NCBI GenBank assembly: GCA_964016885.1
Contig: OZ024742.1
Coordinates: forward strand, 282,286,001-282,350,000
From: Eledone cirrhosa
Taxonomy: Eukaryota
Direction: 5' to 3'
Length of the DNA stretch: 64,000 nt
Positions within the stretch are counted from its first letter, which is position 1. Every line of letters begins with the position of its first letter. Position numbers and translations under genes: made by a program. Below the pieces are notes generated by a model. The model was not told where the DNA came from, did not search any database, and saw only the letters and a list, made by a program, of their open reading frames with translations. This document shows, in pieces, positions 12,301 to 26,000 of the stretch.

Positions 12301-15300
12301 TTTACTCTTGTTACTTTAGGTTGGGAGTTTTTTATTCTTATATTTCCTTCTTTTTCAATTTATTTTTAATACTGCGGATTGTCATTTTTATCAGGGTATT
12401 TTACTGTTTCTTTTACTCTTGTTATTTTAGGTTCGGAGTTTTTTTGTTCTTATATTTCCTTCTTTTTCATTTTATTATTAATTCTGCGGATTGTCATTTT
12501 TATCAGGGTATTTTTACTGTGTATTTTACTCTTGCTATTTTAATTTTGGTTTTTTTTTATATTATATTTCCTTCTTTTTCAATTTATTTTTAATTCTGCG
12601 GATTGTCATTTTTATCAGTGTTTATTACACTGTATTTAACTCTTGTTATTTTAGTTTTGGGGATTTCTTTTCTTATATTTCGTTCTTTTTCAATTTATTT
12701 TTAATTCTGCAGATTCTCATTTTATCAGGGTATTTTACTCTGTATTTTACGCTCGTTATTTTAATTTTAGTGTTTTTTTCCTCATATTTCCTTCTTTTTT
12801 AATTTATTTTTAGTTCTGCGGATTGTCATTTTTATCAGGGTTTTTTTACTGTGTATTTTACTCTTGCTATTTTAATTTTGGGTTTTTTTTATATTATATT
12901 TCCTTCTTTTTCAATTTATTTTTAATTCTGAGGATTGTCGTTTTTATCAGGATTTTTTACTATGTATTTCACTCTTGTTATTTTAATTTTTGGGGGTTTT
13001 TTTCTTATATTTCCTTCTTTTTCAATTTATTTTTAATTCTCCGGATTGTCATTTTTATCAGGGTATTTTACTGTTTCTTTTACTCTTGTTATTTTAGGTT
13101 GGGAGTTTTTTATTCTTATATTTCCTTCTTTTTCATTTTATTTTTAATTCTGCGGATTGTCATTTTTATCAGAGTATTTTACTGTGTATTTTAGTCTTGT
13201 TATTTTACCTTTTGGGAATATTTTTCTCATATTTCCTTTTTTTTTTAAAATTATTTTTAATTCTGCGGATTGTCATTTTTATCAGGGTATTTTACTATGT
13301 CTTTTACTCTTGTTATTTTAGTTATGGAGGATTTTATTCTTATATTTCCTGCTTTTTCAATTTATATTTAATTCTGCGGATTGTCATTTTTATCAGGGTA
13401 TTTTACTGTCTTTTACACTTGTTATTTTAGTGTTTCGATTTTTTTATTCTTATATTTCTTTCTTTTTCAATTTATATTTAATTCTGCGGATTGTCATTTT
13501 TATCAGGGTATTTCACTGTCTTTTATTCTTTTTATTTTACTTTTTGGCTTTTTTTTTCTTATATTTCCTTCTTTTTCAATATATTTTTAATTCTGCGGAT
13601 GGCCATTTTTATCAGGGTATTTTACTTTATATTTTACTCTTGTTATTTTAGGTTTTGGGGTTTCTTTTCTTATATTTCGTTCTTTTACAATTTATTTTTA
13701 ATTCTGCGGATTCTCATATTTATCAGTGTATTTTACTGTGTCTTTTACTCTTGTTATTTTAGTTTTTGTGTTTTTTATTCTTATATTTCCTTCTTTTTCA
13801 AATTATCTTTAATTCTGCGGATTGTCATTTTTATCAGACTATTTTACTGTGTCTTTTACTCTTGTTATTTCAGGTTTGGAGTTTTTTATTCTTATATTTC
13901 CTTCTTTTTCAATTTATTTTTTATTCTGAGGATTGTCGTTTTTATCAGGGTATTTTACTGTGTATTTTACTCTTGTTATTTTAGCTTTCGTGGGCTTTTT
14001 TCTTATATTTCCTTCTTTATCAATTTATTTTTAATTCTGCGGATTGTCATATTTATCAGAGTATTTTACTGTGTATTTTACTGTTGTGAATTTAATTTTG
14101 GGGTTTTTTATTCTTATATTTCCTTCTTTTTCAATTATTTTTAATTCTGCGGATTGTCATTTTTATCAGGGTATTTTACTGTGTCTTTTACTCTCGTTAT
14201 TTTAGTTTTGGGGGTATTTTTCTTACATTTGTATTTCAATTTATTTTTAATTCTGCGGATTGTCATTTTTATCAAGGTATTTTCCGGTGTATTTTACTTT
14301 GTTATTTTAGTTTTTTGGGTTTATTTTCTTATATTTCCTTCTTTATCAATTTATTTTTTATTCTGCGGACTGTCATATTTATCAGGGTATTTTACTGTGT
14401 CTTTTACTCTTGTTATTTTAGTTTTGTGGTTTTTTATTCTTATATTTCCTTCTTTTTCAATTCATTTTTAATTCTGCGAATTGTCATTTTTATCAGGGTA
14501 TTTTATTGTGTCTTTTACTCTTGTTATTTTAGGTCTGGAGTTTTTTATTCTTATATTTGCTTCTTTTTCAATTTATATTTAATTCTGCGGATTGTCATTT
14601 TTATCAGGGTATTTTACTGTCTTTTATTCTTTTTATTTTACTTTTTTTCTATTTTTTTCTTATATTTCCTTCTTTTTCAATATATTTTTAATTCTGCGGA
14701 TGGCCATTTTTATCAGGGTATTTTACGTTATATTTTACTCTTGTTATTTTAGGTTTTGGGTTTTCTTTTCTTATATTTCGTTCTTTTTCAATTTATTTTT
14801 AATTCTGCGGATTCTCATATTTATCAGTGTATTTTACTGTGTCTTTTACTCTTGTTATTTTAGTTTTTGTGTTTTTTTATTCTTATATTTCCTTCTTTTT
14901 CAATATATTTTTAATTCTGCGGATTGTCATTTTTAGCAGGCTATTTTACTGTGTCTTTTACTCTTGTTATTTCAGGTTTGGAGTTTTTTATTCTTATATT
15001 TCCTTCTTCTTCAATTTAATTTTAATTCTGCGGATTGTCATTTTTATCAGAGTATTTTACTGTGTATTTTACTGTTGTGAATTTAATTTTTGGGGTTTTT
15101 ATTCTTATATTTCCTTCTTTTTCAATTTACTTTTAATTCTGCGGATTGTCATTTTTATCAGGGTATTTTACTGTTTCTTTTACTCTTGTTATTTTAGGTT
15201 CGGAGTTTTTTGTTCTTATATTTCCTTCTTTTTCATTTTATTATTAATTCTGCGGATTGTCATTTTTATCAGGGTTATTTTACTGTGTATTTTACACTTG

Positions 15301-18300
15301 TTATTTTACTTTTGGGGGTTTTTTCCTTATATTTCCTTCATTTCAATTTATTTTTAATTCTGCAGATTCTCATTTTATCAGGGTATTTTCCTGTGTATTT
15401 TACGCTCGTTATTTTAATTTTAGGGTTTTTTTCCTCATATTTGCTTATTTTTTAATTTATTTTTAGTTCTGCGAATTGTCATTTTTATCAGGGTTTTTTA
15501 CTGTGTATTTTACTCTTGCTATTTTAATTTTGTTTTTTTTTTATATTATATTTCCTTCTTTTTCAATTTAATTTTAATTCTGCGGATTGTCATATTTTTC
15601 AGAGTATTTTACTGTGTATTTTACTGTTGTGAATTTAATTTTGGGGTTTTTTATTCTTATATTTCCTTCTTTTTCAATTTATTTTTAATTCTGCGGATTG
15701 TCATTTTTATCAGTGTTTATTACACTGTATTTAACTCTTGTTATTTTAGTTTTTGGGGTTTTTCATATCATATTTCCTTCTTTTTCAATTAATTTTTAAT
15801 TCTGCGGATTGTCATTTTTATCAGGGTATTTTACTGTCTCTTTTACTCTTGTTACTTTAGGTTGGGAGTTTTTTATTCTTATATTTCCTTCTTTTTCAAT
15901 TTATTTTTAATACTGCGGATTGTCATTTTTATCAGGGTATTTTACTGTTTCTTTTACTCTTGTTATTTTAGGTTCGGAGTTTTTTTGTTCTTATATTTCC
16001 TTCTTTTTCATTTTATTATTAATTCTGCGGATTGTCATTTTTATCAGGGTATTTTTACTGTGTATTTTACTCTTGCTATTTTAATTTTGGTTTTTTTTTA
16101 TATTATATTTCCTTCTTTTTCAATTTATTTTTAATTCTGAGGATTGTCGTTTTTATGAGGATTTTTTACTGTGTATTTCACTCTTGTTATTTTAGGCTTT
16201 GGGTTTTCTTTTCTTATATTTCGTTCTTTTTCAATTTATTTTTAATTCTGCAAATTCTCATTTTTTGGGGTTTTTATTTTACTGTCTTTTACACTTGTTA
16301 TTTTAGTGTTTCGATTTTTTTATTCTTATATTTCTTTCTTTTTCAATTTATATTTAATTCTGCGGATTGTCATTTTTATCAGGGTATTTTACTGTCTTTT
16401 ATTCTTTTTATTTTACTTTTTGGCTTTTTTTTTCTTATATTTCCTTCTTTTTCAATATATTTTTAATTCTGCGGATGGCCATTTTTATCAGGGTATTTTA
16501 CTTTATATGTTACTCTTGTTATTTTAGGTTTTGGGATTTCTTTTCTTATATTTCGTTCTTTTACAATTTATTTTTAATTCTGCGGATTCTCATATTTATC
16601 AGTGTATTTTACTGTGTCTTTTACTCTTGTTATTTTAGTTTTTGTGTTTTTTATTCTTATATTTCCTTCTTTTTCAAATTATCTTTAATTCTGCGGATTG
16701 TCATTTTTATCAGACTATTTTACTGTGTCTTTTACTCTTGTTATTTCAGGTTTGGAGTTTTTTATTCTTATATTTCCTTCTTTTTCAATTTATTTTTTAT
16801 TCTGAGGATTGTCGTTTTTATCAGGGTATTTTACTGTGTATTTTACTCTTGTTATTTTAGCTTTCGTGGGCTTTTTTCTTATATTTCCTTCTTTATCAAT
16901 TTATTTTTAATTCTGCGGATTGTCATATTTATCAGAGTATTTTACTGTGTATTTTACTGTTGTGAATTTAATTTTGGGGTTTTTTATTCTTATATTTCCT
17001 TCTTTTTCAATTTATTTTTAATTCTGCGGATTGTCATTTTTATCAGGGTTTTTTACACTGTATTTAACTCTTGTTATTTTAGTTTTTTGGGTTTTTCATA
17101 TCATATTTCCTTCTTTTTCAATTTATTTTTAATTCTGCGGATTGTCATTTTTATCAGGGTATTTTACTGTCTCTTTTACTCTTGTTACTTTAGGTTGGGA
17201 GTTTTTTATTCTTATATTTCCTTCTTTTTCAATTTATTTTTAATTCTGCGGATTGTCATTTTTATCAGGGTATTTTACTGTTTCTTTTACTCTTGTTATT
17301 TTAGGTTCGGAGATTTTGTTCTTATATTTCCTTCTTTTTCATTTTATTATTAATTCTGCGGATTGTCATTTTTATCAGGGTATTTTTACTGTGTATTTTA
17401 CTCTTGCTATTTTAATTTTTTATATTATATTTCCTTCTTTTTCAATTTATTTTTAATTCTGAGGATTGTCGTTTTTATCACGATTTTTTACTGTGTCTTT
17501 TACTCTCGTTATTTTAGTTTGGTGGTGGTGGTGGGGGGGGGGGGGGGTTCTTACATTTCTTTTTTCAATTTATTTTTTATTCTGCGGATTGTCATTTTTA
17601 TCCGGGTATTTTACTGTGTCTTTTACTCTTGTTATTTTAGTTTTGGGTTGTTTTTACTCTTATATTTCTTTGTTTTTCAATTTATATGTAATTCAGCGGA
17701 TTGTCATTTTTATCAGGGTATTTTACTGTATATTTACTCTCGTTATTTTAGTTTTGGGGTTTTTTTTTCTTACATTTCCTTTTTCTATTTATTTTTTATT
17801 CTGCGGATTGTCATTTTTATCAGGTTATTTTAATGTGCATTTTATTCTTGGTATTTTAGGTTTTGGGGTTTTTTCCTCCTATTTCCTTCTTTTTCAATTT
17901 ATTTTTAATTCTGCGGATCGTCATTTTTATCAGGGTATTTTTCTGTTTCTTTTAAGCTTGTTATTTTAGGTTCGGAATTTTTTTATTCTCATATTTCCTT
18001 CTTTTTCATTTTATTTTTAATTCTGCGGATCGTCATTTTTATCAGGGTATTTTACTGTGTATTTTACGCTTGTTATTTTAATTTTGGGGTTCTTTTCTTT
18101 ATATTTCCTTCATTTTCAATTTATTTTTAATTCTGCGGATTTTCATTTTCATCAGCGTATTTTACTGTGTATTTTACGCTTGATATTTTAATTTTGGGGT
18201 TTTTTCCCTTATATTTCATTCATTTTCAATTTATTTTTAATTCTGCGTTTTGTCAATTTTATCAGTGTATTTTACTGTGTCTTTTACTCTTGTTATTTTA

Positions 18301-21300
18301 GTTTTGGGTTGATTTTATTCTTATATTTCTTTCTTTTTTTTTCTTATATTTTCTTCTATTTCAATTTACTTTTAATTCTTCGGATTGTCATTTTTATCAG
18401 GGTATTTTAATGTGTATATTACTCTTGTTATTTTAGGTTTTGTTTTTTTTTCTCATATTTCCTTCTTTTTCAATTTATTTATAATTCTGCGGATTGTCAA
18501 TTTTTATCAGGGTTTTTACTGCGTATTTTACACTTGTTATTATATATTTTGTTTTTTTTTATATTATATTTCCTTCTTTTTCAATTTCTTTCTAATTCTA
18601 GGGATTGTCATTTTTATCAGGGTATTTTACTGCGTATTTTACTCTTGTTATTTTAGTTTTTTGGTTTTTCTTTCTCATATTTCCTTCTTTTTCAATTTAT
18701 TTTTAATTCTGGGGATTGTCATTTTTATCAGGGTATTTTACTTTATATTTTACTCTTGTTATTTTAGCTTTGGGGGGCTTTTTCTTATATTTCCTTCTTT
18801 TTCAATTTATTTTTAATACTGCGTATTGTCATATTTATCGGTGTATTTTACTGTGTCTTTTACTCTAGTTATTTTAGTTTTGGGGTTTTTTCCATATATT
18901 TCCTTCTTTTTCAATTTATTTTTTATTCTGCGGATTGTCATTTTTATCAGGTTATTTTAATGTGTATTTTACTCTTGTCATTTATGGTTTTGGGAGTTTT
19001 TTCCTCATATTTCCTTCTTTTTCAATTTATTTTTAATTCTGCGGATCGTCATTTTTATCAGGGTATTTTACTGTGTATTTTACACTTGTTATTTAAATTT
19101 TTAGGTTTTTTTCCTTATATTTCCTTCATTTTCAATTTATTTTTAATTCTGTGGATTCTCATTTTCATCAGGGTATTTTACTTTGTATTTTACGCTTGTC
19201 ATTTTAATTTTAGTGTTTTTTTCCTTATATTTCATTCTTTTTCAATTTATTATTAATTATGCGGATTGTCATTTTTATTAGGGTATTTTACTGTTTCTAT
19301 TAATCTTGTTATTTTAGGTTCGGAGTTTTTTATTCTTATATTTCCTTCTTTTTCATTCTATTTTTAATTCTGCGGATTCTCATTTTTATCAGGGTATTTT
19401 ACTGTGTATTTTACGCTTGTTATTTTAATTTTAGTGTTTTGTTCCCTTATATTTCATTCTTTTTCAATTTATTTTTAATTCTGCGGATTGTCATTTTTAT
19501 CATAGTATTTTACTCTTGTTATTTTACTTTTTGGTTTTTTCTCTTATATATCCTTCTTTTATAATTTATTTTTAATTCTGCCGATTGTCATTTTTATCAA
19601 GCTAATTTACTGTGTATTTTACTCTTGTTATTTTAGGTTTGGGGTTTTTTTTCTTATATTTCCTTCTATTTCAATTTATTTTTAATTCTGCGGATTGTCA
19701 TTTTTATCAGGGTATTTTAATGTGTAATTTACTCTTGTTATTTTAGGTTTTGGGTTTTTTTTCTCATATTTCCTTCTTTTTCAATTTATTTTTAATTCTG
19801 CGGATTGTCAATTTTTATCTGGGTTTTTACTGTGTATTTTACTCTTGTTGTTTTAGTTTTTTTTTTTATATTATATTTCCTTATTTTTCAATTTCTTTTT
19901 AATTCTAGGGATTGTCATTTTTATCAGGGTATTTTACTGCGTATTTTACTCTTGTTATTTTAGTTTTTCGGGGTTTTTTTCTTATATTTCCTTCTTACTC
20001 AATTTATTTTTAATTCTGCGGATTGTCATTTTTATCAGGGTATTTTACTGTGTGTTTTACTCTTCTTATTTTACCTTTTGGATTTTTTTCTTTTATTTAC
20101 TTCTTTTTTATTTTATTTTTTATTCTGCGGATTGTCATTTTCATCAGTGTATTTTACCGTGTATTTTACGCTTGTTATTTTAATTTTTGGGTTTTTTTCC
20201 TTATATTTCCTTTATTTTCAATTTATTTTTAATTCTGCGGATTCTCATTTTCATCAGAGTATTTTACAGTCTCTTTTACGCTCGATATTTTAATTTTAGG
20301 GTTTTTTCCTTATATTTCCTTCTTTTTCAATTTATTTTTAATTCTGCGGATTGTCATTTTTATCAGGGTATTTTACTGTGTACTTTACGCTTTTTATTTT
20401 AATTTTTGGGTTTTTTCCCTTATATTTCCTTCATTTTCAATTTATTTTTAATTCTGCGTATTGTCATTTTTATCAGAGTATTTTACTTTATATATTACTC
20501 TTGTTATTTTAGGTTTTGGGGGCTTTTTTCTTATATTTCCTTCTTTTTCAATTTATTTTTTATTCTGCGGATTGTCATATTTATCAGTGTATTTTACTGT
20601 CTTTTACTCTTGTTATTTTAGTTTTGGGTTGTTTTTATTCTTATATTTCTTTCTTTTTCAACTTACATTTAATTCTGCGGATCGTCATATTTATCAGTGT
20701 ATTTTACTGTGTATTTTACTCTAGTTATTTTAGTTTTGGGGTTTGTTTCCTTATATTTCCTTCTTTTTCAATTTATTTTTTATTCTGCGGATTGTCATTT
20801 TTATCAGGGTATTTTAATGTGTATTTTACTCTTGTTATTTATGGTTTTGGGGGTTTTCTCCTCATATTTCCTTCTTTTTAAATTTATTTTTAATTCTGCT
20901 TATTGTCATTTTTATCAGGGTATTTTACTGTGTATTTTACGCTTGTTATTTTAATTTTGGGTTTTTTTTCCTTATATTTCCTTCATTTTCAATTTATTTT
21001 TAATTCTGCGGATTCTCATTTTTATCAGGGTATTTTACTTTGTATTTTACGCTTGTTATTTTAATTTTAGTGTTTTTTTCCTTATATTTCATTCTTTTTC
21101 AATTTATTTTTAATTCTGCGGATTGTCATTTTTATCAGGGTATTTTACTGTGTGTTTTACTCTTGTTATTGTAGGGGGTGGGTTATATTTCCTTCTTTTT
21201 CAATTTACTTTTAATTCTGCAGATTGTCATTTTTATCAGGCATTTTTACTGTGTATTTTATTCTTGTTATTTTAGTTTTGGTGCTTTTTCATATTATATT

Positions 21301-23099
21301 TCCCTCTTTTTCAATTTATTTTTAATTTTGCGGATTGTCATTTTTACAAGGGTATTTTACTGTGTATTTTACGCTTGTTATTTTAATTTTGGGGTTTTTT
21401 CCCTTATATTTCCGTCTCTTTCAAATTATTTTTAATTCTGCGGATTCTCATTTTAATAAGGGTTTTTTACTGTGTATTTTACTCTTGTTATATTACTTTT
21501 GTTTTTTTTTCCCATATTTCCCTCTTTTTCAATTTATTTTTAATTCTGCGGATTGTCATTTTTATCAGGGTATTTTACTATGTATTTTACGCTTGTTATT
21601 TTAATTTTGGGTTTTTTTTCCTTATATTTCCTTTTTTTTCAATTTATTTTTAATTCTGCAGATTGTCATTTTTATCAGGGTATTTTACTGTGTATTTTAC
21701 GCTTGTTATTTTAATTTTAGGGGTTTTTTCCTCATATTTCCTTCTTCTTCAATTTATTTTTAATTCTGCGGATTGACATTTTTATCACGTTATTTTACTG
21801 TTTATTTTACGCTTGTTATTTTAATTCTGGGGTTATTTTTTTCTCATATTTCCATCTTTTTCAATTTATTTTTAATTTTGCGGATTGTCATTTTTATCAG
21901 TATATTTTACTGTGTCTTTTACTCTTGTTATTTTAGTTTTTGTGTTTTCTATTCTTATATTTCCTTCTTTATCAATTTATTTTTAATTCTGCGGATTCTC
22001 ATTTTTATCAGTGTATTTTACTGTGTATTTTACGCTTGTTATTTTAATTTTAGTATTTTTTCCTTATATTTCATTCTTTTTGAATTTATTTTTAATTCTG
22101 CGGATTGTCATTTTTATCAGGGTATTTTACTCTTGTTATTTTACCTTTCGGGTTTTTTTTCTTATATTTCCTTCTTTTACAATTTATTTTTAATTCTACG
22201 GATTTTCATTTTTATCAGGGTATTTTATTCTGTACTTTGCGCTTTTTGTTTTAATCTTTGGGTTTTTTCCCTTATATTTCCTTCATTTTCAATTTATTTT
22301 TATTCTGCGGATTGTCATTTTCATCAGGGTATTTTACTTTGTATTTTACGCTTGTTATTTTAATTTTAGTGTTTTTTTCCTTATATTTCATTCTTTTTCA
22401 ATTTATTATTAATTATGCGGATTGTCATTTTTATCAGGGTATTTTATTCTGTACTTTACGCTTTTTGTTTTAATTTTTGGGTTTTTTCCCTTATATTTCC
22501 TTCATTTTCAATTTATTTTTATTCTGCGTATTGTCATTTTTATCAGAGTATTTTACTTTATATATTACTCTTGTTATTTTAGGTTTTGGGGGCTTTTTTC
22601 TTATATTTCCCTCTTTTTCAATTTATTTTTAATTCTGCGGATTGTCATTTTTATCAGGGTATTTTATTCTGTATTTTACGCTTGTTATTTTAATTTTAGT
22701 GTTTTTTTCCTTATATTTAATTCTTTTTCAACTTATTATTAATTATGCGGATTGTCATTTTTATCAGGGTATTTTATTGTTTCTATTAATCTTGTTATTT
22801 TAGGTTCGGAGTTTTTATTCTTATATTTCCTTCTTTTTCATTCTATTTTTAATTCTGCGGATTCTCATTTTAATAAGGGTTTTTTACTGTGTATTTTACT
22901 CTTGTTATTTTACTTTTGGGGCTTTTTTCTCATATTTCCCTCTTTTTCAATTTATTTTTAATTCTGCGGATTGTCATTTTTATCAGGGTATTTTATTCTG
23001 TACTTTACGCTTTTTGTTTTAATTTTTGGGTTTTTTCCCTTATATTTCCTTAATTTTCAATTTATTTTTAATTCTGCATATTGTCATTTTTATCAGAGT

Positions 23100-26000
23100 A
23101 TTTTACGGTGTATTTTAAGCTTGTTATTTTAATTTTAGGGGTTTTTTCCTCATATTTCCTTCTTTTTCAATTTATTTTTAATTCTGCGTATTGTCATTTT
23201 TATCAGGGTTTTTTACTGTGTATTTTACGCTTGTTATTTTAATTTTGGGGTTGTTTTTTTCTTATATTTCCTTTATTTTAAAATTTATTGAGAATTCTGC
23301 GGATTGTCATTTTTATCAGGGTATTTTACTATGTATTTTACTCTTGTTATTTTAGGTTTTGGGGGTTTTTTTCTTATATTTCCTTCTTTATCAATTATTT
23401 TTAATTCTGCGGATTGTACTTTTCATCAGGGTATTTTGCTGTGTATTTTACTGTTGTTATTTTAATTTTGGGGTTTTTTTCTTTTATTTCCTTCTTTTTC
23501 AATTTATTTTTAATTTTGCGGATTATCATTTTTATCAGGGTTTTTTACTGAGTATCTTACTCTTGTTATTCTTGGTTTTGTTTTTTTTTTAATATTATAT
23601 TTCCTTATTTTTCAATTTATTTTTAATTCTGCGGATTGTCATTTTTATCAGGGTTTTTTACTGTGTATTTTATTCTTGTTATTTTAGTTTTTGGGTTTTT
23701 TTTCTTATATTTCCGTCTCTTTCAATTTATTTTTAATTCTGCGGATTGTCATATTTATAAGGGTTTTTACTCTTGTTATTTTAGTTTTGGGGGTTTTTTT
23801 TCTCATATTTCCTTTTTCACTTATTTTTAATTCTGCGGATTGTCATTTTTATCAGGGTATTTTACAGTGTATTTTACTCTTGTTCTTTTATTTTTGTGTG
23901 GTTTATTTTCTTATGTTTCCTTCTTTTTCAATTCATTTTTAATTCTGTGGATTGTCATTTTTATCAGGGTATTTTACTGTGTATTTTACTCTTGTTATTT
24001 TAGTTTTTTTTTGGGGGGGGGTTATATTTCGTTCTTTTTGAATTTATTCTTAATTCTGGAGATTGTCATTTTTCATCAGGGTATTTTACTGTGTATTTTA
24101 CTCTTTATTTTATTTTTTTGTGGTTTTTTAACTTATATTTCCTTCTATTTCAAATCATTTTTAATTCTGCGGATTGTTATCTTTATCAGGGTATTTTACA
24201 GTGTATTTTACTCTTGTTATTTTATTTTTGTGTGATTTATTTTCTTATGTTTCCTTCTTTTTCAATTCATTTTTAATTCTGTGGATTGTCATTTTTCTCA
24301 GGGTATTTTACTGTGTATTTTACGCTTGTTATTTCAATTTTGGTTTTTTTTTCTTATATTTCCTTCTTTTTCAATTTATTTTTAATTCTGCGGATTGTCA
24401 TTTTTATCAGGGTTTTTTTCGTGTGTATTTTACTCTAGTTATTTTAGTTTTTGTTTTTTTTTTAATTTATATTTCTTTCTTTTTCAATTTATTTTTAATT
24501 GTGCGGATTGTCATTTTTATCAGGGTATTTTACTGTGTATTTTACTCTTGTTATTTTAGTTTTGGGGTTTTTTTTCTTATATTTCCGTCTCTTTCAATTT
24601 ATTTTTAATTCTGCGGATTGTCATTTTCATAAGGGTTTTTTACTGTTGTTCTTTACTCTTGTTATTTTAGTTTTTTGGGGTTTTTTTTCTCATATTTCCT
24701 TTTTCACTTATTTTTAATTCTGCGGATTGTCATTTTTATCAGGGTATTTTACAGTGTATTTTACTCTTGTTATTTTATTTTTGTGTGGTTTATTTTCTTA
24801 TGTTTCCTTCTTTTTCAATTCATTTTTAATTCTGTGGATTGTCATTTTTATCAGGGTATTTTACTGTGTATTTTACTCTTGTTATTTTAGTTTTTTTTTT
24901 GGGGGGGGGGGGGTTTATATTTCGTTCTTTTTCAATTTATTTTTAATTCTGCAGATTGTCATTTTTTATCAGGGTATTTTACAGTGTATTTTACTCTTTA
25001 TTTTATTTTTTTGTGGTTTTTTAACTTATATTTCCTTCTATTTCAATTCATTTTTAATTCTGCGGATTGTTATTTTTGTCAGTGTATTTTACTGTGTATT
25101 TTACGCTTGTTATTTCAATTTTGGGGTTTTTTTTACTTATATTTCCTTCTTTTTCAATTTATTTTTAAATCTGCGGATTGTCATTTTTATCAGGGTTTTT
25201 TAGTGTGTATTTTACTCTTGTTATTTTAGTTATTGTTTTTTTTTAAATTTATATTTCTTTCTTTTTCAATTTATTTTTAATTGTGCGGATTGTCATTTTT
25301 ATCAGGGTATTTTACTGTGTATTTTACTCTTGTTATTTTAGTTTTGGGGTGTTTTTTCTTATATTTCCGTCTCTTTCAATTAATTTTTTATTCTGCAGAT
25401 TGTCACTTTTATCAGGGTTTTTTACTGTTGTACTTTACTTTTGTTATTTTAGTTTTTTGGGGTTTTTTTTCTCATATTTCCTTCTTTTTCAATTTATTTT
25501 AAAATTTGCGGTTTGTCATTTTTATCAGGGTATTTTACTGTGTATTTTACTCTTGTTATTTTATTTTTGTGTGGTTTATTTTCTTATATTTCCTTCTTAT
25601 TCAATTTATTTTCGATTCTGCGGATTAGCATTTTTATCAGGGTTTTTTACTGTTGTACTTTACTCTTGTTATTTTAATTTTGGGGTTGTTTTTTTCTTAT
25701 ATTTCCTTTATTTTAAAATTTATTGAGAATTCTGCGGATTGTCATTTTTATCAGGGTATTTTACTATGTATTTTACTCTTGTTATTTTAGGTTTTGGGGT
25801 TTTTTTTCTTATATTTCCTTCTTTATCAATTATTTTTAATTCTGCGGATTGTACTTTTCATCAGGGTATTTTGCTGTGTATTTTACTGTTGTTATTTTAA
25901 TTTTGGGGTTTTTTTCTTTTATTTCCTTCTTTTTCAATTTATTTTTAATTTTGCGGATTATCATTTTTATCAGGGTTTTTTACTGAGTATCTTACTCTTG

